Shown here: piece by piece, positions 51,375-61,514 of the stretch
Layout: the number at the start of each line of letters is the position of its first letter
Numbering within the stretch: position 1 is the stretch's first letter
NCBI GenBank assembly: GCA_947259735.1
Contig: CAMYNN010000001.1
Coordinates: forward strand, 40,409-104,408
Length of the DNA: 64,000 nt
Source: Thermodesulfovibrionia bacterium
GTDB taxonomy: Bacteria; Nitrospirota; Thermodesulfovibrionia; UBA6902
Direction: 5' to 3'
Made by a program: the position numbers and the translations under genes
The notes under the pieces: model-generated
Database searches by the model: none
What the model saw: only the letters and a program-made list of their open reading frames with translations
What the model was told of the DNA's origin: nothing

Positions 51375-52661
51375 ATGATGAGTTCATTATTTACAGGGGT
51401 CAGCGGCATGTACGCACATGGTACAGCCCTGTCAGTTATTGGAGACAATGTGGCCAATATGAACACCGTTGGATTCAAATCCAGCAGGGCGGCGTTCGGG
51501 GACATTCTCAGTCAGCAGGTCGGTCATTCCCAGGTGGGACGGGGAGTACAGCTTACTGATGTTTCACCCATATTTACGCAGGGTGCATTTGAGAATACAT
51601 CGAATGTATTTGACATGGCCGTTGACGGTGACGGTTTATTTATGATCAATGACGGGGGAGGTGCCTTCTACACGAGACAGGGGCAGTTTAACGTGGACAA
51701 GAACGGTGATGTGGTGAATCCCAGCGGGCATCAACTGCAGGGCTACCTCTATAACACGACCGGTACACAGACAAACGTAATAGGTGATATCAATGTTGCG
51801 GCCATTAACAGTCCACCAAACCCGACTTTGAATGTGTCCTTGACATCCAATCTTGATTCACGGGAGACCATCCCTGCAGCATTTGATGTAAACAATCCTG
51901 ACTCTACATCAAATTACTCAAGTTCCCTGACAGTATATGATTCACTGGGGAATGGACATGTAATTGAGCTTTACTTCAGAAAGTCAGCAGTTGCTGCTAC
52001 AGGGAACACATGGGAATGGTTTTCGGTGGTGAACGGGAATGACTCAGCGAGTGCAGCCACGGAGATACAGGCCCAGGGTACGCTCGGATTTGACAACAGC
52101 GGACGTCTGGACACGGAAAGTGCGGTTGCCTATCCCCTTGCTTCGGGCGGCTTTGATTTTAATGGTCTTGCAGCTCCGGGACAGGCGATTGACTTTGACT
52201 TTGGTACTTCAATAACAACAGACGGCGGCTCAGGACTGGACGGAGCGACACAGTATGGTAACGACTCAAGCACTGCGTTCCAGGACCAGGACGGATATTC
52301 TTCAGGATCCATGATGGAGATTACAATTGGTCCCGATGGAATTATTACCGGCATATTTACCAATGGACAGACGAGAGGCATTGCACAGGTTGCAATTGCG
52401 AAGTTTATATCGCCCACGGGCCTCACAAAAGTAGGGAAGGGTCTTTACGCTGAGTCAGTTGAGTCCGGACAGGCCCTGATCGGTACACCGGGAACATCGG
52501 GTACAGGACAGGTAATAGCAAACTCGCTGGAGATGAGCAATGTTGATCTCGCAGAGGAGTTTGTTAAAATGATTATGGCTCAGAGAGGATTCCAGGCAAA
52601 TTCCAGAGTAATATCAACATCAGATGAACTTCTGGTAGAACTCGTGAATCTGAAGAGATAG
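51375..52661 (+). CDS. flgE: Flagellar hook protein FlgE.
   Basis: N-terminal SGM...NVANMNTVGFK and the C-terminal ANSLEMSNVDL...EF rod/hook motifs. Confidence 0.9.
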   Translation: MMSSLFTGVSGMYAHGTALSVIGDNVANMNTVGFKSSRAAFGDILSQQVGHSQVGRGVQLTDVSPIFTQGAFENTSNVFDMAVDGDGLFMINDGGGAFYTRQGQFNVDKNGDVVNPSGHQLQGYLYNTTGTQTNVIGDINVAAINSPPNPTLNVSLTSNLDSRETIPAAFDVNNPDSTSNYSSSLTVYDSLGNGHVIELYFRKSAVAATGNTWEWFSVVNGNDSASAATEIQAQGTLGFDNSGRLDTESAVAYPLASGGFDFNGLAAPGQAIDFDFGTSITTDGGSGLDGATQYGNDSSTAFQDQDGYSSGSMMEITIGPDGIITGIFTNGQTRGIAQVAIAKFISPTGLTKVGKGLYAESVESGQALIGTPGTSGTGQVIANSLEMSNVDLAEEFVKMIMAQRGFQANSRVISTSDELLVELVNLKR

Positions 52662-52697
52662 CATCGGCTGACATGAGAGCGCGAACCAGTGCATAAG

Positions 52698-52735
52698 AAA
52701 AAAAGGTGCAGGAATAAATCCTGCACCTTTTTTTA
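52698..52735. terminator. Bidirectional rho-independent terminator: GGTGCAGGA-ataaa-TCCTGCACC flanked by an A-run and a T-run.
   Basis: 9-bp perfect stem, 5-nt loop, T8 downstream and A7 upstream. Confidence 0.75.
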
Positions 52736-53071
52736 TGGAGGTTCATCAAAATAAAAAATGCTCTGAACACTAAAATCATTTACAATAAGTGTACACTTTT
52801 TCTCGATATTACAATTTCAAGCATCAAAATACAATAAATTACAAATATAAAATCTAAAAAAACAGCTATGATTATTTTGGGAGTTTGAGGCTTTGGTTGC
52901 TGTGAATTTATATTAATTTGTAATGTGAGACTTGGTACTTGGAATTTTTTAAAGTAAAACGGCAGTAGGCAATAGATGCGTTTGCATCTGCTGTAAAATA
53001 AATCCTGACTATTGCTCATCAAAGAAGGGAACATACCGTGCCTTTCCCTCCTGAAAAAAATGCTTCTGTCT

Positions 53072-53383
53072 CTATCTGCTAACAGCCTGATAGACCTGGC
53101 CCGGTTTAAGCAGGACAAACTGCTCTGAGCCTTCTTCAGATTTTATTTGCTTGAATACTTCGCAGGACATGCATGACACTGACTTTTGGGCGAAATCACC
53201 CTGAACCATCCCGTCACAGAACGTGCCGGCTATTGACCAGCATATGCGCCCACCGTTTTTTCCGCTGTTCACGCCATTACTTGATACATTTGTTGATGCA
53301 GGACAGATTCCCAGGCTTCCGACATTCACTCCGCCCTGTTCCCTGCCGCATTTTTTGATCTCCCAGCAGTTTCGCTTATTCAT
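53072..53383 (-). CDS. Small Cys-rich protein (8 Cys) with a repeated CW motif (NCWEIKKCG...ICWSIAGTFC). Possibly a 'two-CW' sensory domain protein.
   Basis: GGGGGGAAG RBS. The CWxI...C module occurs twice. Own 177-bp upstream region. The family name is recalled from memory and was not checked. Confidence 0.5.
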   Translation of the reverse strand: MNKRNCWEIKKCGREQGGVNVGSLGICPASTNVSSNGVNSGKNGGRICWSIAGTFCDGMVQGDFAQKSVSCMSCEVFKQIKSEEGSEQFVLLKPGQVYQAVSR

Positions 53384-53560
53384 ACATCGCTTCCCCCCAT
53401 TCTTATCGGATCGTGATTATTCATAGCCATTCACATCAGCGTGTCTGTTTTCTCTTAAGAAAGTTATCGGCATTTATGAATAAACCTTTAGAGAAGAGCA
53501 GGAAATATCTCAGTGATGATGATAAAGTGACAGGGGGAAAGGTGAAGGGAGAATAAGAGG

Positions 53561-54601
53561 CTAGACTGAATTTATAATATACCCCGCAATTTCATCGATG
53601 GGAAGAATCTGGTCGGCAGCACCTGATTCCACAACTGACTTGGGCATTCCGTAAACGACACAGGTCTGCTCGCTCTCCGCGATTGTCCTTCCCCCCTTGT
53701 TCTTGATTTCCTTCATACCCTTGGAGCCGTCGTTCCCGAGGCCCGTAAGAATTACGCCGAGCACATGGCCGGAGAAACTTTCAACCGCTGAAAGCATGAG
53801 GACATCAACGGAGGGTCTGTAGATATATTCCCCTCTTTCCTCAGAAATACGTAGCACTGATTCTGTTATTTTTTTTCGTTCTATGCTCATATGACCTCTG
53901 CCGGGCGCGATATATATTGTGCCTTTTTTCACCAGGTCCCCCTCTTCGGCTTCTTTTACTTTAAGAGCGCTCAGTTGATTGAGCCTTTCAGCAAAGGGAC
54001 CGGTAAATGCAGGCGGCATATGCTGGGCAATGATAATTGGAACAGGAAAGTCTTCCGGTAAGCAGGTTAATATTTTTTGCAATGCCCTGGGACCGCCTGT
54101 TGAGGAACCTATAGCGACGACATTGATTTTCCTCTGCGCTATATAATTTGTCTTTTCGGGCATTTTCAGAGGTCCCGAAAGTTTATTGTTGAAGCCCTGG
54201 GACAGACCTTTGCTGCCGATATTCTTTATTTTTTCAATGAGTATTTCTTTAATTTTAACTATATTGATAGAAAGGTCTGATAAATTTTTGGGGATATAGT
54301 CTACGGCCCCTATGTCAAGGGCATCCAGTGTTAAATTGGCCCCTTCAGTAGTCAATGAACTGACCATCAGCACAGGCAGGGGATTCTTGTCCATTATCTG
54401 CTTCAGTGCCTCGATACCGTCCATCCGGGGCATCTCAACATCAAGTGTAACTAAATCAGGCTTCAGTGAAACAACTTTTTCCACAGCCTCAATTCCGTCA
54501 CGCGCAAAACCGACCACCTCAATTTCAGGATCGGAAACGATCATGCTTGAGAGAGTGTTCCTCATAAAAGCGGAGTCATCGACTATTAAAACCCTAATCA
54601 T
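53561..54601 (-). CDS. cheB: Chemotaxis methylesterase CheB (REC plus methylesterase domain).
   Basis: REC N-domain. Catalytic Ser/His/Asp methylesterase region. Confidence 0.9.
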   Translation of the reverse strand: MIRVLIVDDSAFMRNTLSSMIVSDPEIEVVGFARDGIEAVEKVVSLKPDLVTLDVEMPRMDGIEALKQIMDKNPLPVLMVSSLTTEGANLTLDALDIGAVDYIPKNLSDLSINIVKIKEILIEKIKNIGSKGLSQGFNNKLSGPLKMPEKTNYIAQRKINVVAIGSSTGGPRALQKILTCLPEDFPVPIIIAQHMPPAFTGPFAERLNQLSALKVKEAEEGDLVKKGTIYIAPGRGHMSIERKKITESVLRISEERGEYIYRPSVDVLMLSAVESFSGHVLGVILTGLGNDGSKGMKEIKNKGGRTIAESEQTCVVYGMPKSVVESGAADQILPIDEIAGYIINSV

Positions 54602-54639
54602 GAAAATTCCTCATTCTATTCATTTAGCGTTGTTTTTGG

Positions 54640-55107
54640 CTACGGTAATTGAACTGCTTCTCCCATCAGTTTATTGATGTCAATGATAATAATAAGCCTG
54701 TCATCAAGATTGGCAAGGCCTTCAATAAACTTGCTGCTCATGTCTGATGACATTGGCGGAGCAGCTTCTATCCTGCTTGCAGGAACTCTCAGCACTTCTG
54801 ACACGGAATCGACAACGAGACCATTTGTAATTCCTTCCAGTTCCATTATTATGATTCTTGATGTATCATCTGCGGGTTTGTCGTCAAAGGCAAATTTTTT
54901 TCTGAGATTTATTACTGGAATTACCTTGCCCCTCAGATTGATGACACCCTCAATGTAATCTGCCGAATTCGGAACCTTTGTGATCTCCGTTATCCTGTTT
55001 ATTTCCTGAACGTTCAGAATATCAACTGCGTACTCTTCATTGTTCAGAGTGAACGTTACAAACTGAAGGACTTCCTCCACTACTGATGTGTCGACTGATG
55101 CGTCCAT
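54640..55107 (-). CDS. cheW: CheW coupling protein.
   Basis: Single CheW domain of 155 aa. Confidence 0.85.
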   Translation of the reverse strand: MDASVDTSVVEEVLQFVTFTLNNEEYAVDILNVQEINRITEITKVPNSADYIEGVINLRGKVIPVINLRKKFAFDDKPADDTSRIIIMELEGITNGLVVDSVSEVLRVPASRIEAAPPMSSDMSSKFIEGLANLDDRLIIIIDINKLMGEAVQLP

Positions 55108-55181
55108 GGGTTTGCCTCCTGTTTATTTAATAAATTTATACTCTTCATATCTACTGGCAGCATTACCATCAATAATAAATA

Positions 55182-56423
55182 TTAAAAACCGAAATCATTG
55201 AGCATGGCCTCTACATCTGACTGGCTCACTTTTTCTTCCTCTTCAGCGTTATCTCTCTCAGTTAATTCCTCAGGTGATGATTCAGATTTCCCGGCTGCTT
55301 CGATTGCCTCTGTTTTTACGGACATCCCAAACTTGCTGACAAGGCTCAAAAGTTCAGATTCAACATTATTCACAAGGTTGATGACTTTTTTTATCGTCTG
55401 CCCGGTTATGTCCTGAAACTGTTGCGCTGTGAGTATGGAAGTCATATCATCATCGAGAGCGGACTTAAAGGATTCAAGGTAGCTGACTCTGTCATTGTCA
55501 TTCCCTATTTCTCTGACCTGCCTGGCAAATTCATCAGATTCCTCAAAATATCTCTCAACTATGCCCATTGTCCTGTTCGCGGCGTCTTCTGTCTTTGACA
55601 TGACAAACTGGAGTTTGTCAACGGCACTCGGGACGTCGTCCTTTGTTAACCGTTGAATACCGTTATCGAGCGATCCTTTGAACTCTTCGAGTGAAGTATG
55701 CAATTTTCTTGTGATATTTCCGACTTCCCTGAAAAGCCCGCCCTCTGTTTCCCTGCCGAGCTGCTCAACAATTACTTCAACCTGTTCGTATTCCTGTGCT
55801 TCGAGAGCATTGATGAAATTAATCATCAGATCACCGACGTTATGCTTTGGATTCTCCCTGTCGAGTTTACCGCGGAAGTATTCCTTTGCATTATGCAGCT
55901 CCGTTACCCTTACTTTTCCTGCGATGGAATCCACTTCCTTTGTAACTTCAACATTTACCCCATCTGACGATTCCTCTACATTAATTATGTTCTCTTCTAA
56001 AAGACTCATATCCTCAAGAGGCAGAAGATTTCTTGTATTCAGCAGAACAATCAGCTTATTGTCCAGTTTTGCTACACCTTCGACAGCGTCTGCATTGTTT
56101 TTGAAAAAACTATCGGGAGGCTCGATATCTGATTCATCAGCATTAACGACCCCGGTAATTTCATCAACGATGATTCCAAAGGTAATTTTCCCTGTTGCGA
56201 GGACGATGACGATATTTCCATTACATTCATTGCACTCTGAATCAAGGAGATTCTTAAGATTTACAATCGGGATGATATTCCCTCTCAGGTTTGATATTCC
56301 CCGAACATATCCTGGCATGTGCGGAAGGGCAGTTACGGACGGCATTCCGATTATTTCGCGAACCTTTAATATGGGAATCATATATTCGCTGGAATTTACG
56401 CTGAACCCTATATACTGATTCAA
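55182..56423 (-). CDS. Fusion of an N-terminal CheW domain to a C-terminal CheZ phosphatase. TTG start.
   Basis: N-terminal CheW-like domain. C-terminal TAQQFQDITGQTIKKV matches the E. coli CheZ catalytic AQDFQDLTGQVIKR. The final MLNDFGF matches the CheZ CheY-binding tail LLDSLGF. An AGGAGG RBS precedes the TTG. Confidence 0.75.
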   Translation of the reverse strand: MNQYIGFSVNSSEYMIPILKVREIIGMPSVTALPHMPGYVRGISNLRGNIIPIVNLKNLLDSECNECNGNIVIVLATGKITFGIIVDEITGVVNADESDIEPPDSFFKNNADAVEGVAKLDNKLIVLLNTRNLLPLEDMSLLEENIINVEESSDGVNVEVTKEVDSIAGKVRVTELHNAKEYFRGKLDRENPKHNVGDLMINFINALEAQEYEQVEVIVEQLGRETEGGLFREVGNITRKLHTSLEEFKGSLDNGIQRLTKDDVPSAVDKLQFVMSKTEDAANRTMGIVERYFEESDEFARQVREIGNDNDRVSYLESFKSALDDDMTSILTAQQFQDITGQTIKKVINLVNNVESELLSLVSKFGMSVKTEAIEAAGKSESSPEELTERDNAEEEEKVSQSDVEAMLNDFGF

Positions 56424-56515
56424 TGAGTCCTCCTGTTCGGCATAGGTAGTATCATTATTTTTTCATTCTTCAGCTGATTGTTCACTTCTCTCTGTATCAT
56501 GCCTGTCTTTCCGTA

Positions 56516-58393
56516 TCAATTTGCTGCTGCACCAAGGAGATTTCTTGACATACCTGTTACATCAAGAATGAATACCACTTTACCGTCACCTGTAATGGTC
56601 GCACCAAGAACATGTGATGATGATGTGTCAACACCGTCCAGTGTTTTTATGACAACCTCCTCCTGTCCGAGGAGTTTATCAACAGCCACACAGAACCTCT
56701 TTTCACCGAGGGCAACGACGACAAGGTATTTATGATCAGGATTTGTATCGCTGCTTTCATTCATTCCATTTCCGAGTATGCTGCCTAATTCGTAAAGTGG
56801 ACATACTTTGCCGCGGATAACAACTACGCTCTGCCCTGTGACATTATCTATTTCTTCATTTGATAATCTGAGAGTTTCTTCTATTGGGGAGAGTGGTATC
56901 GCATATTTTGCTCCTTTCACCTCTACCATGAGTGCCTGCATAATTGCGAGTGTTAAAGGAATGCAAATTTTGAATGTAGTTCCCTCATCCTTTTTTGTTG
57001 CTATTTCGACAAAACCATTCAGGAGGGATATATTTGTCTTAACAACATCCATGCCGACACCACGGCCGCTTAACTCCGTGGCTTCCTTTTTAGTGGAAAA
57101 TCCGGGCATGAAAATTATTTCGGCAGCTGCCTCGTCACTCATTTTATTGGCTTCCTCTTCAGTGAGAATGCCTTTCTTAAGAGCGGTCTTTTTCAACATT
57201 TCCACATCCAGCCCTTTGCCGTCATCAGAAATTTCAATGATGATCTGGTTGCCCTGCTGGAATATATTAATAACGACTTTTCCTTTTGGTGGCTTGCCTT
57301 TGGCAATGCGCTCCTCGGTGGACTCCAGCCCATGGTCAATGGAGTTTCTTAAAATGTGTGTCATGGGATCACCGATATGTTCAATAACAGATTTGTCAAC
57401 TTCTGTGTTTTCTCCGACGATGAGGAGTTCCACGTCTTTGTTGACCGATGCAGACATGTCCCTGATCAGCCTCGGGAATTTACCGAGGACTTTCTTTATG
57501 GGCTGCATTCTTATTTTCATTACAGCAAGTTGCATATCGGAGGTTACCCTGTCCAGAAATGAAACAGTTTCCGTCAGTGTTTCCACCTGAGGGTCCTGGG
57601 AATACTTCTGATCAAAATATCGTGATATGTTCAAAAGTCTGTTTCTTACCAGAACAACCTCCCCTGCTAGATCCATAACCTTGTCGATGCGGTCAACGTC
57701 TACCCGCAGGTTCTGGGCAGTATCCTTCCCCTTGTGACCCGGTGTCTGCTGGACCTTTCCTTTCGTCTGCTCAATGGCAGGACCGCTGTCAATACTTTTT
57801 TCATCGATCATATTTCTGATTGTTACGTCTTCCGCTAATTCAGGGACTGATTGTTCCGTTTCAGAACTTTGAGGCACTTCATTTATCTCCTGCTCTGTAT
57901 GGGACGATTTCTCTGCTTCGGGTTCTTCCAGTTTCACCTCCTGGGTACCGGTAGTCTCCTTTCCTTCCGGATTAGTATTGCTTTGAGTATCATGAGAAAT
58001 TTCGGATGCGTCATTTAATGTTGATTCCAGTTCATGAACGAGTGGTGAAACGTCCTCTTCAATACCGTCTTTTGACTTCAAATGTCCGAGGAGAAGGCGA
58101 AGCATATCAATGGATTTAAGAATAACGTCCATAAGCTTTTTTGATAGGGAGATGTCGCCGTCTCTAAGCTTCTTCATTATATTTTCAGATGTGTGCGCAA
58201 CATCCACAAGACGCTGAAAACCCAGAAACCCTGCCGCACCTTTGATCGTATGCATTGAACGAAATATATCATTCAGAAGGTCGACGTCTTCCCCTTTTTG
58301 CTCCAGTTCCACAAACAGAGGCTCGATCCTGTCAAGTGACTCTTCGGCTTCTGTAATAAACTCCGATATTATTTCATCCATTTCATCATTCAT
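56516..58393 (-). CDS. cheA: Chemotaxis histidine kinase CheA (P1/Hpt, linker, P3, P4, P5). No obvious P2 domain.
   Basis: Hpt motif HTIKGAAGFLG. HATPase G-boxes. C-terminal CheW-like domain. Confidence 0.9.
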   Translation of the reverse strand: MNDEMDEIISEFITEAEESLDRIEPLFVELEQKGEDVDLLNDIFRSMHTIKGAAGFLGFQRLVDVAHTSENIMKKLRDGDISLSKKLMDVILKSIDMLRLLLGHLKSKDGIEEDVSPLVHELESTLNDASEISHDTQSNTNPEGKETTGTQEVKLEEPEAEKSSHTEQEINEVPQSSETEQSVPELAEDVTIRNMIDEKSIDSGPAIEQTKGKVQQTPGHKGKDTAQNLRVDVDRIDKVMDLAGEVVLVRNRLLNISRYFDQKYSQDPQVETLTETVSFLDRVTSDMQLAVMKIRMQPIKKVLGKFPRLIRDMSASVNKDVELLIVGENTEVDKSVIEHIGDPMTHILRNSIDHGLESTEERIAKGKPPKGKVVINIFQQGNQIIIEISDDGKGLDVEMLKKTALKKGILTEEEANKMSDEAAAEIIFMPGFSTKKEATELSGRGVGMDVVKTNISLLNGFVEIATKKDEGTTFKICIPLTLAIMQALMVEVKGAKYAIPLSPIEETLRLSNEEIDNVTGQSVVVIRGKVCPLYELGSILGNGMNESSDTNPDHKYLVVVALGEKRFCVAVDKLLGQEEVVIKTLDGVDTSSSHVLGATITGDGKVVFILDVTGMSRNLLGAAAN

Positions 58394-58425
58394 TCGTGGT
58401 CCTCCATACCGGTCAACGGTAAGAA

Positions 58426-58821
58426 TTAACTCTGTGCCTGCAGTCTTTCATATATTTTTTCCATTTTTTCTTTTAACACTTCTGCTGTAAATGGTTTTAC
58501 GATGTAGTTGTTGACGCCAGCCTGTATCGCTGCGATAACTTTTTCTTTCTCTGCTTCTGCGGTGACCATGAGAATTGGAGTGTCTTTCAATTCAATGTTG
58601 CCCCGTACCGCTTTTACAAGTTCAAGCCCATCCATGTTGGGCATGTTCCAGTCGCTGACAACGAACCCAAAGCCTCCTCCCTGAAGTTTTGAAAACGCCT
58701 GAGCACCGTCTTCTGCTTCTTCTATGCTTTCAAATCCAATTTGTCTGAGTAGATTTTTTACGATTCTTCTCATAGTTGAAAAATCGTCAACCACAAGCAC
58801 TTTTGCCTTAAGATCAATCAT
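58426..58821 (-). CDS. cheY: CheY, very close to enterobacterial CheY.
   Basis: [15 protein letters not shown]...[12 protein letters not shown]...PILMVTAEA...[11 protein letters not shown]. Confidence 0.9.
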   Translation of the reverse strand: MIDLKAKVLVVDDFSTMRRIVKNLLRQIGFESIEEAEDGAQAFSKLQGGGFGFVVSDWNMPNMDGLELVKAVRGNIELKDTPILMVTAEAEKEKVIAAIQAGVNNYIVKPFTAEVLKEKMEKIYERLQAQS

Positions 58822-59206
58822 GTTGTATACCTCCTTTGGCGAACATTTCTTGAATAATGTTTTTTATGTTTTGTGCAATTACATCTCCCGTAACAGGTTT
58901 TATCAGATAACCGTTCGCTCCATAACGAAGAGCCTTTTCCCGCTCTTCATCATCGCTCTCTGTGGTTACCATGAGGATCGGGAGTTCTTTCAGATCGGAG
59001 TTCGATCGAACTGCTTTAATCAGTTCAAGGCCGTCCATATAGGGCATGTTCAGATCTGCCATAATGAGATTGACCGGATCGGTGCCGAGTTTTTCAAGGG
59101 CGTCAAGACCGTTCTCAGCGAACACTACCGAATATCCTCGTGTCTTTAAATAGTGTCCAAGCAGTTTTCTTGTTGTCTGACAATCATCGACAATCATGAT
59201 TTTCAT
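58814..59206 (-). CDS. Second CheY-like single-domain response regulator.
   Basis: REC domain. Overlaps the downstream cheY by 8 nt. Confidence 0.85.
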   Translation of the reverse strand: MKIMIVDDCQTTRKLLGHYLKTRGYSVVFAENGLDALEKLGTDPVNLIMADLNMPYMDGLELIKAVRSNSDLKELPILMVTTESDDEEREKALRYGANGYLIKPVTGDVIAQNIKNIIQEMFAKGGIQHD

Positions 59207-59271
59207 GGTGTTACCTCAAATATATTAAATAATGTAATCTCTCTCTCTAATTTCATTTCACATTACCGCGT

Positions 59272-60096
59272 TTACACCTTTTGATAGAAAATGACTTTAT
59301 TTATAACAGTCGGTCTGAATGCCTTCGTTACATTGTGGAGACTCTCAGAGGTGCCGATTATAAGGTAGCCCTCCGGATTTAATCGATCATAAAGGTTGGA
59401 AACTGCTGCCTGCTTCGCCTTTGCATCAAAGTAAATGAGCACGTTTCTGCAAAAAATAACATCCATTCTTTGTATTGAATTAAGATAGTTTCCGTTAAAC
59501 AGGTTCCCATTGATGAATTTGACAGATTCTCTTATGTCTGAATTCAGAGCAAAGGATTGTCCGCCTCCGGTAAAATGTTTTTTCATGTAATGCTCCGGAA
59601 TGTTTCTCACAGAGTAGGAGTTGAATACAGCATTCTTTGCAGAGTCCAAAACTCCCGTGCTCAAATCAGAAGCATGGATTTCATAATCTGACGATCCCCT
59701 TCGGTTTTTCAGAAGCATCATGGAAATTGTGTAAGGTTCTTCGCCAGTAGAACAAGCCGCTGACCATATTTTTACCGGTTTAGAGCCCTTCTTCTCTTTC
59801 AGTAATTCGGGAAACAGTTCATCGGTAAAGACGCTTAACTGGTGGGGTTCTCTGAAAAAATAGGTTTCATTTGTGGTAATCGCATCAAAGAGTCTTGTCA
59901 ATTGATTGCCGTTTGAACTGATCTTTATAAGTCTTAGATAGTCGTCAAAACTGTCAAGCTTGTTTTCCTGCAATATTCTTGTCAACCGGTTTGTAATGAG
60001 ATATTTTTTTGAATCCGAAATATAGATACCGCTATTGTCGTATATAATGGCTCTCAGCTCTTTGAATGTGGAATCAGAGAGAGACATCATCGGCAT
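59272..60096 (-). CDS. cheR: Chemotaxis methyltransferase CheR.
   Basis: CheR N-helical domain plus a SAM-dependent methyltransferase domain. Confidence 0.85.
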   Translation of the reverse strand: MPMMSLSDSTFKELRAIIYDNSGIYISDSKKYLITNRLTRILQENKLDSFDDYLRLIKISSNGNQLTRLFDAITTNETYFFREPHQLSVFTDELFPELLKEKKGSKPVKIWSAACSTGEEPYTISMMLLKNRRGSSDYEIHASDLSTGVLDSAKNAVFNSYSVRNIPEHYMKKHFTGGGQSFALNSDIRESVKFINGNLFNGNYLNSIQRMDVIFCRNVLIYFDAKAKQAAVSNLYDRLNPEGYLIIGTSESLHNVTKAFRPTVINKVIFYQKV

Positions 60097-61514
60097 GCAA
60101 CTCCGGAGTTGAAATCCTGTGCAAGCCTTTCAGCGACTTCCTTGAGGTCATCATTTAATTCGTCCATGGAAGAGATGAAGCGTTTTAAATCAATACGCAT
60201 AAGCGCATGTATGCATTCGTAGATGACATCGTCATATGGCTCGTTCTGAATCATGCTCATAAGTGGATCAAATGCTGTTTTCTCACAGATCTTTCCGAGT
60301 GCCGTTGCAGCAGTTTTTCTGACATGACTGTCGGAGTCATCAATCGCTTCGATGAAACAATCTTTTTCCTGCCCGTCGGATGTTTGAGACAGTGAAGTGA
60401 TGCTTGCCCGTCTTATGTCTCTGAAATCATGATTTGTCAGAAAGATGAGATCGGGCACGGCATCTTTGCACCCTAATTCACCGACTATCTCAATAGCTAT
60501 TGTTTTCCCTCTGTATCTAAGAGAATCGTTCCGCAGTAAAGATATGAGTGCTCCACTGCATCCGAAACTGTAAATGGCCTCTTTGATGAAACTCAGTTTC
60601 TCTTCATTTTCAGGATAAGAGAGATCGAAGGAACCTGCCGCATCCACCAGATGATACAGTGCCTGCTCATCTCTTAATGAAACCAGTCCTCTTACAGCCG
60701 ATGTTATATCGTTCCAGTCGCCTTCTTTCATCATGCCAATCAGAAAGTCTGTGATCCCCGGAATCGGAGGAACGGATCCCATCATACATAAACTCTTTAT
60801 TGTTGCAGTCTTTTCAATTCCTTTGGCTGTTCTCAAATGATCGGTAAGACTTTGAACAGCTTCAGGAGTGTTAAATGTACAGAGTGTGTCAATTGCTGCA
60901 AACCTGACTGGATCAGAAGAGCTTTTTATGAGATGTGCAATTGAATCTGTGACACTGACCTCTTTCATGTCCACAAGTGCTTCCAGTGCTGAGAAACAGA
61001 CCCACTCCTCATCGCTTAAAGCATGCACCAGCTGGGGGACTGCCTTTTTGTACTTTAATCTCCCGAGGGTTCTGGCAGCTGACGCCCTCACATTTGCGTT
61101 TTCATCACTGGTGAGCATTTCAACAATTTTTTCCGGATAAGTGCAGTACTGAATGTCATAGATGAGGTCAACGGCGAATTTTCTTATATCATGGTCCTTA
61201 TCTCTCAGAAGGACGTACAAAAGAGGCACGGCAACCCGCTCCATTTCTTTCAGAATTATGATCGCTGTATTTCTCAGAAATGCCTCCTCTCTCAATAGGG
61301 GGAGGAGCATATATACCGTTGATTCCTTTTTTAATTTCATAAGAGAACGCATAGCTGCATCCTGAACACCGAGGTTTTCATCCCTCAGTGCCTTGATCAG
61401 CGGATAAAGCACCCTGTCGTCACCGTCGGAAAGCGCCTCGGCTGCGGCACGCCTCTTTGAGGAATCAGCATCGTTCAGATTCCTGAGGTACTTGTTGAGC
61501 GTTGTCGAATGCAT
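60087..61514 (-). CDS. HEAT-repeat protein (PBS-lyase HEAT-like repeats).
   Basis: Repeated ...VRxxAxxALG... helical repeats across 475 aa. Overlaps the cheR start by 10 nt. Confidence 0.65.
   Translation of the reverse strand: MHSTTLNKYLRNLNDADSSKRRAAAEALSDGDDRVLYPLIKALRDENLGVQDAAMRSLMKLKKESTVYMLLPLLREEAFLRNTAIIILKEMERVAVPLLYVLLRDKDHDIRKFAVDLIYDIQYCTYPEKIVEMLTSDENANVRASAARTLGRLKYKKAVPQLVHALSDEEWVCFSALEALVDMKEVSVTDSIAHLIKSSSDPVRFAAIDTLCTFNTPEAVQSLTDHLRTAKGIEKTATIKSLCMMGSVPPIPGITDFLIGMMKEGDWNDITSAVRGLVSLRDEQALYHLVDAAGSFDLSYPENEEKLSFIKEAIYSFGCSGALISLLRNDSLRYRGKTIAIEIVGELGCKDAVPDLIFLTNHDFRDIRRASITSLSQTSDGQEKDCFIEAIDDSDSHVRKTAATALGKICEKTAFDPLMSMIQNEPYDDVIYECIHALMRIDLKRFISSMDELNDDLKEVAERLAQDFNSGVACR

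Noticed and set aside
52780-53118. 112-aa ORF on the minus strand in the flgE-che spacer.
   Set aside because: It lies in AT-rich non-coding spacer with no RBS and an implausible composition. It overlaps terminator hairpins.
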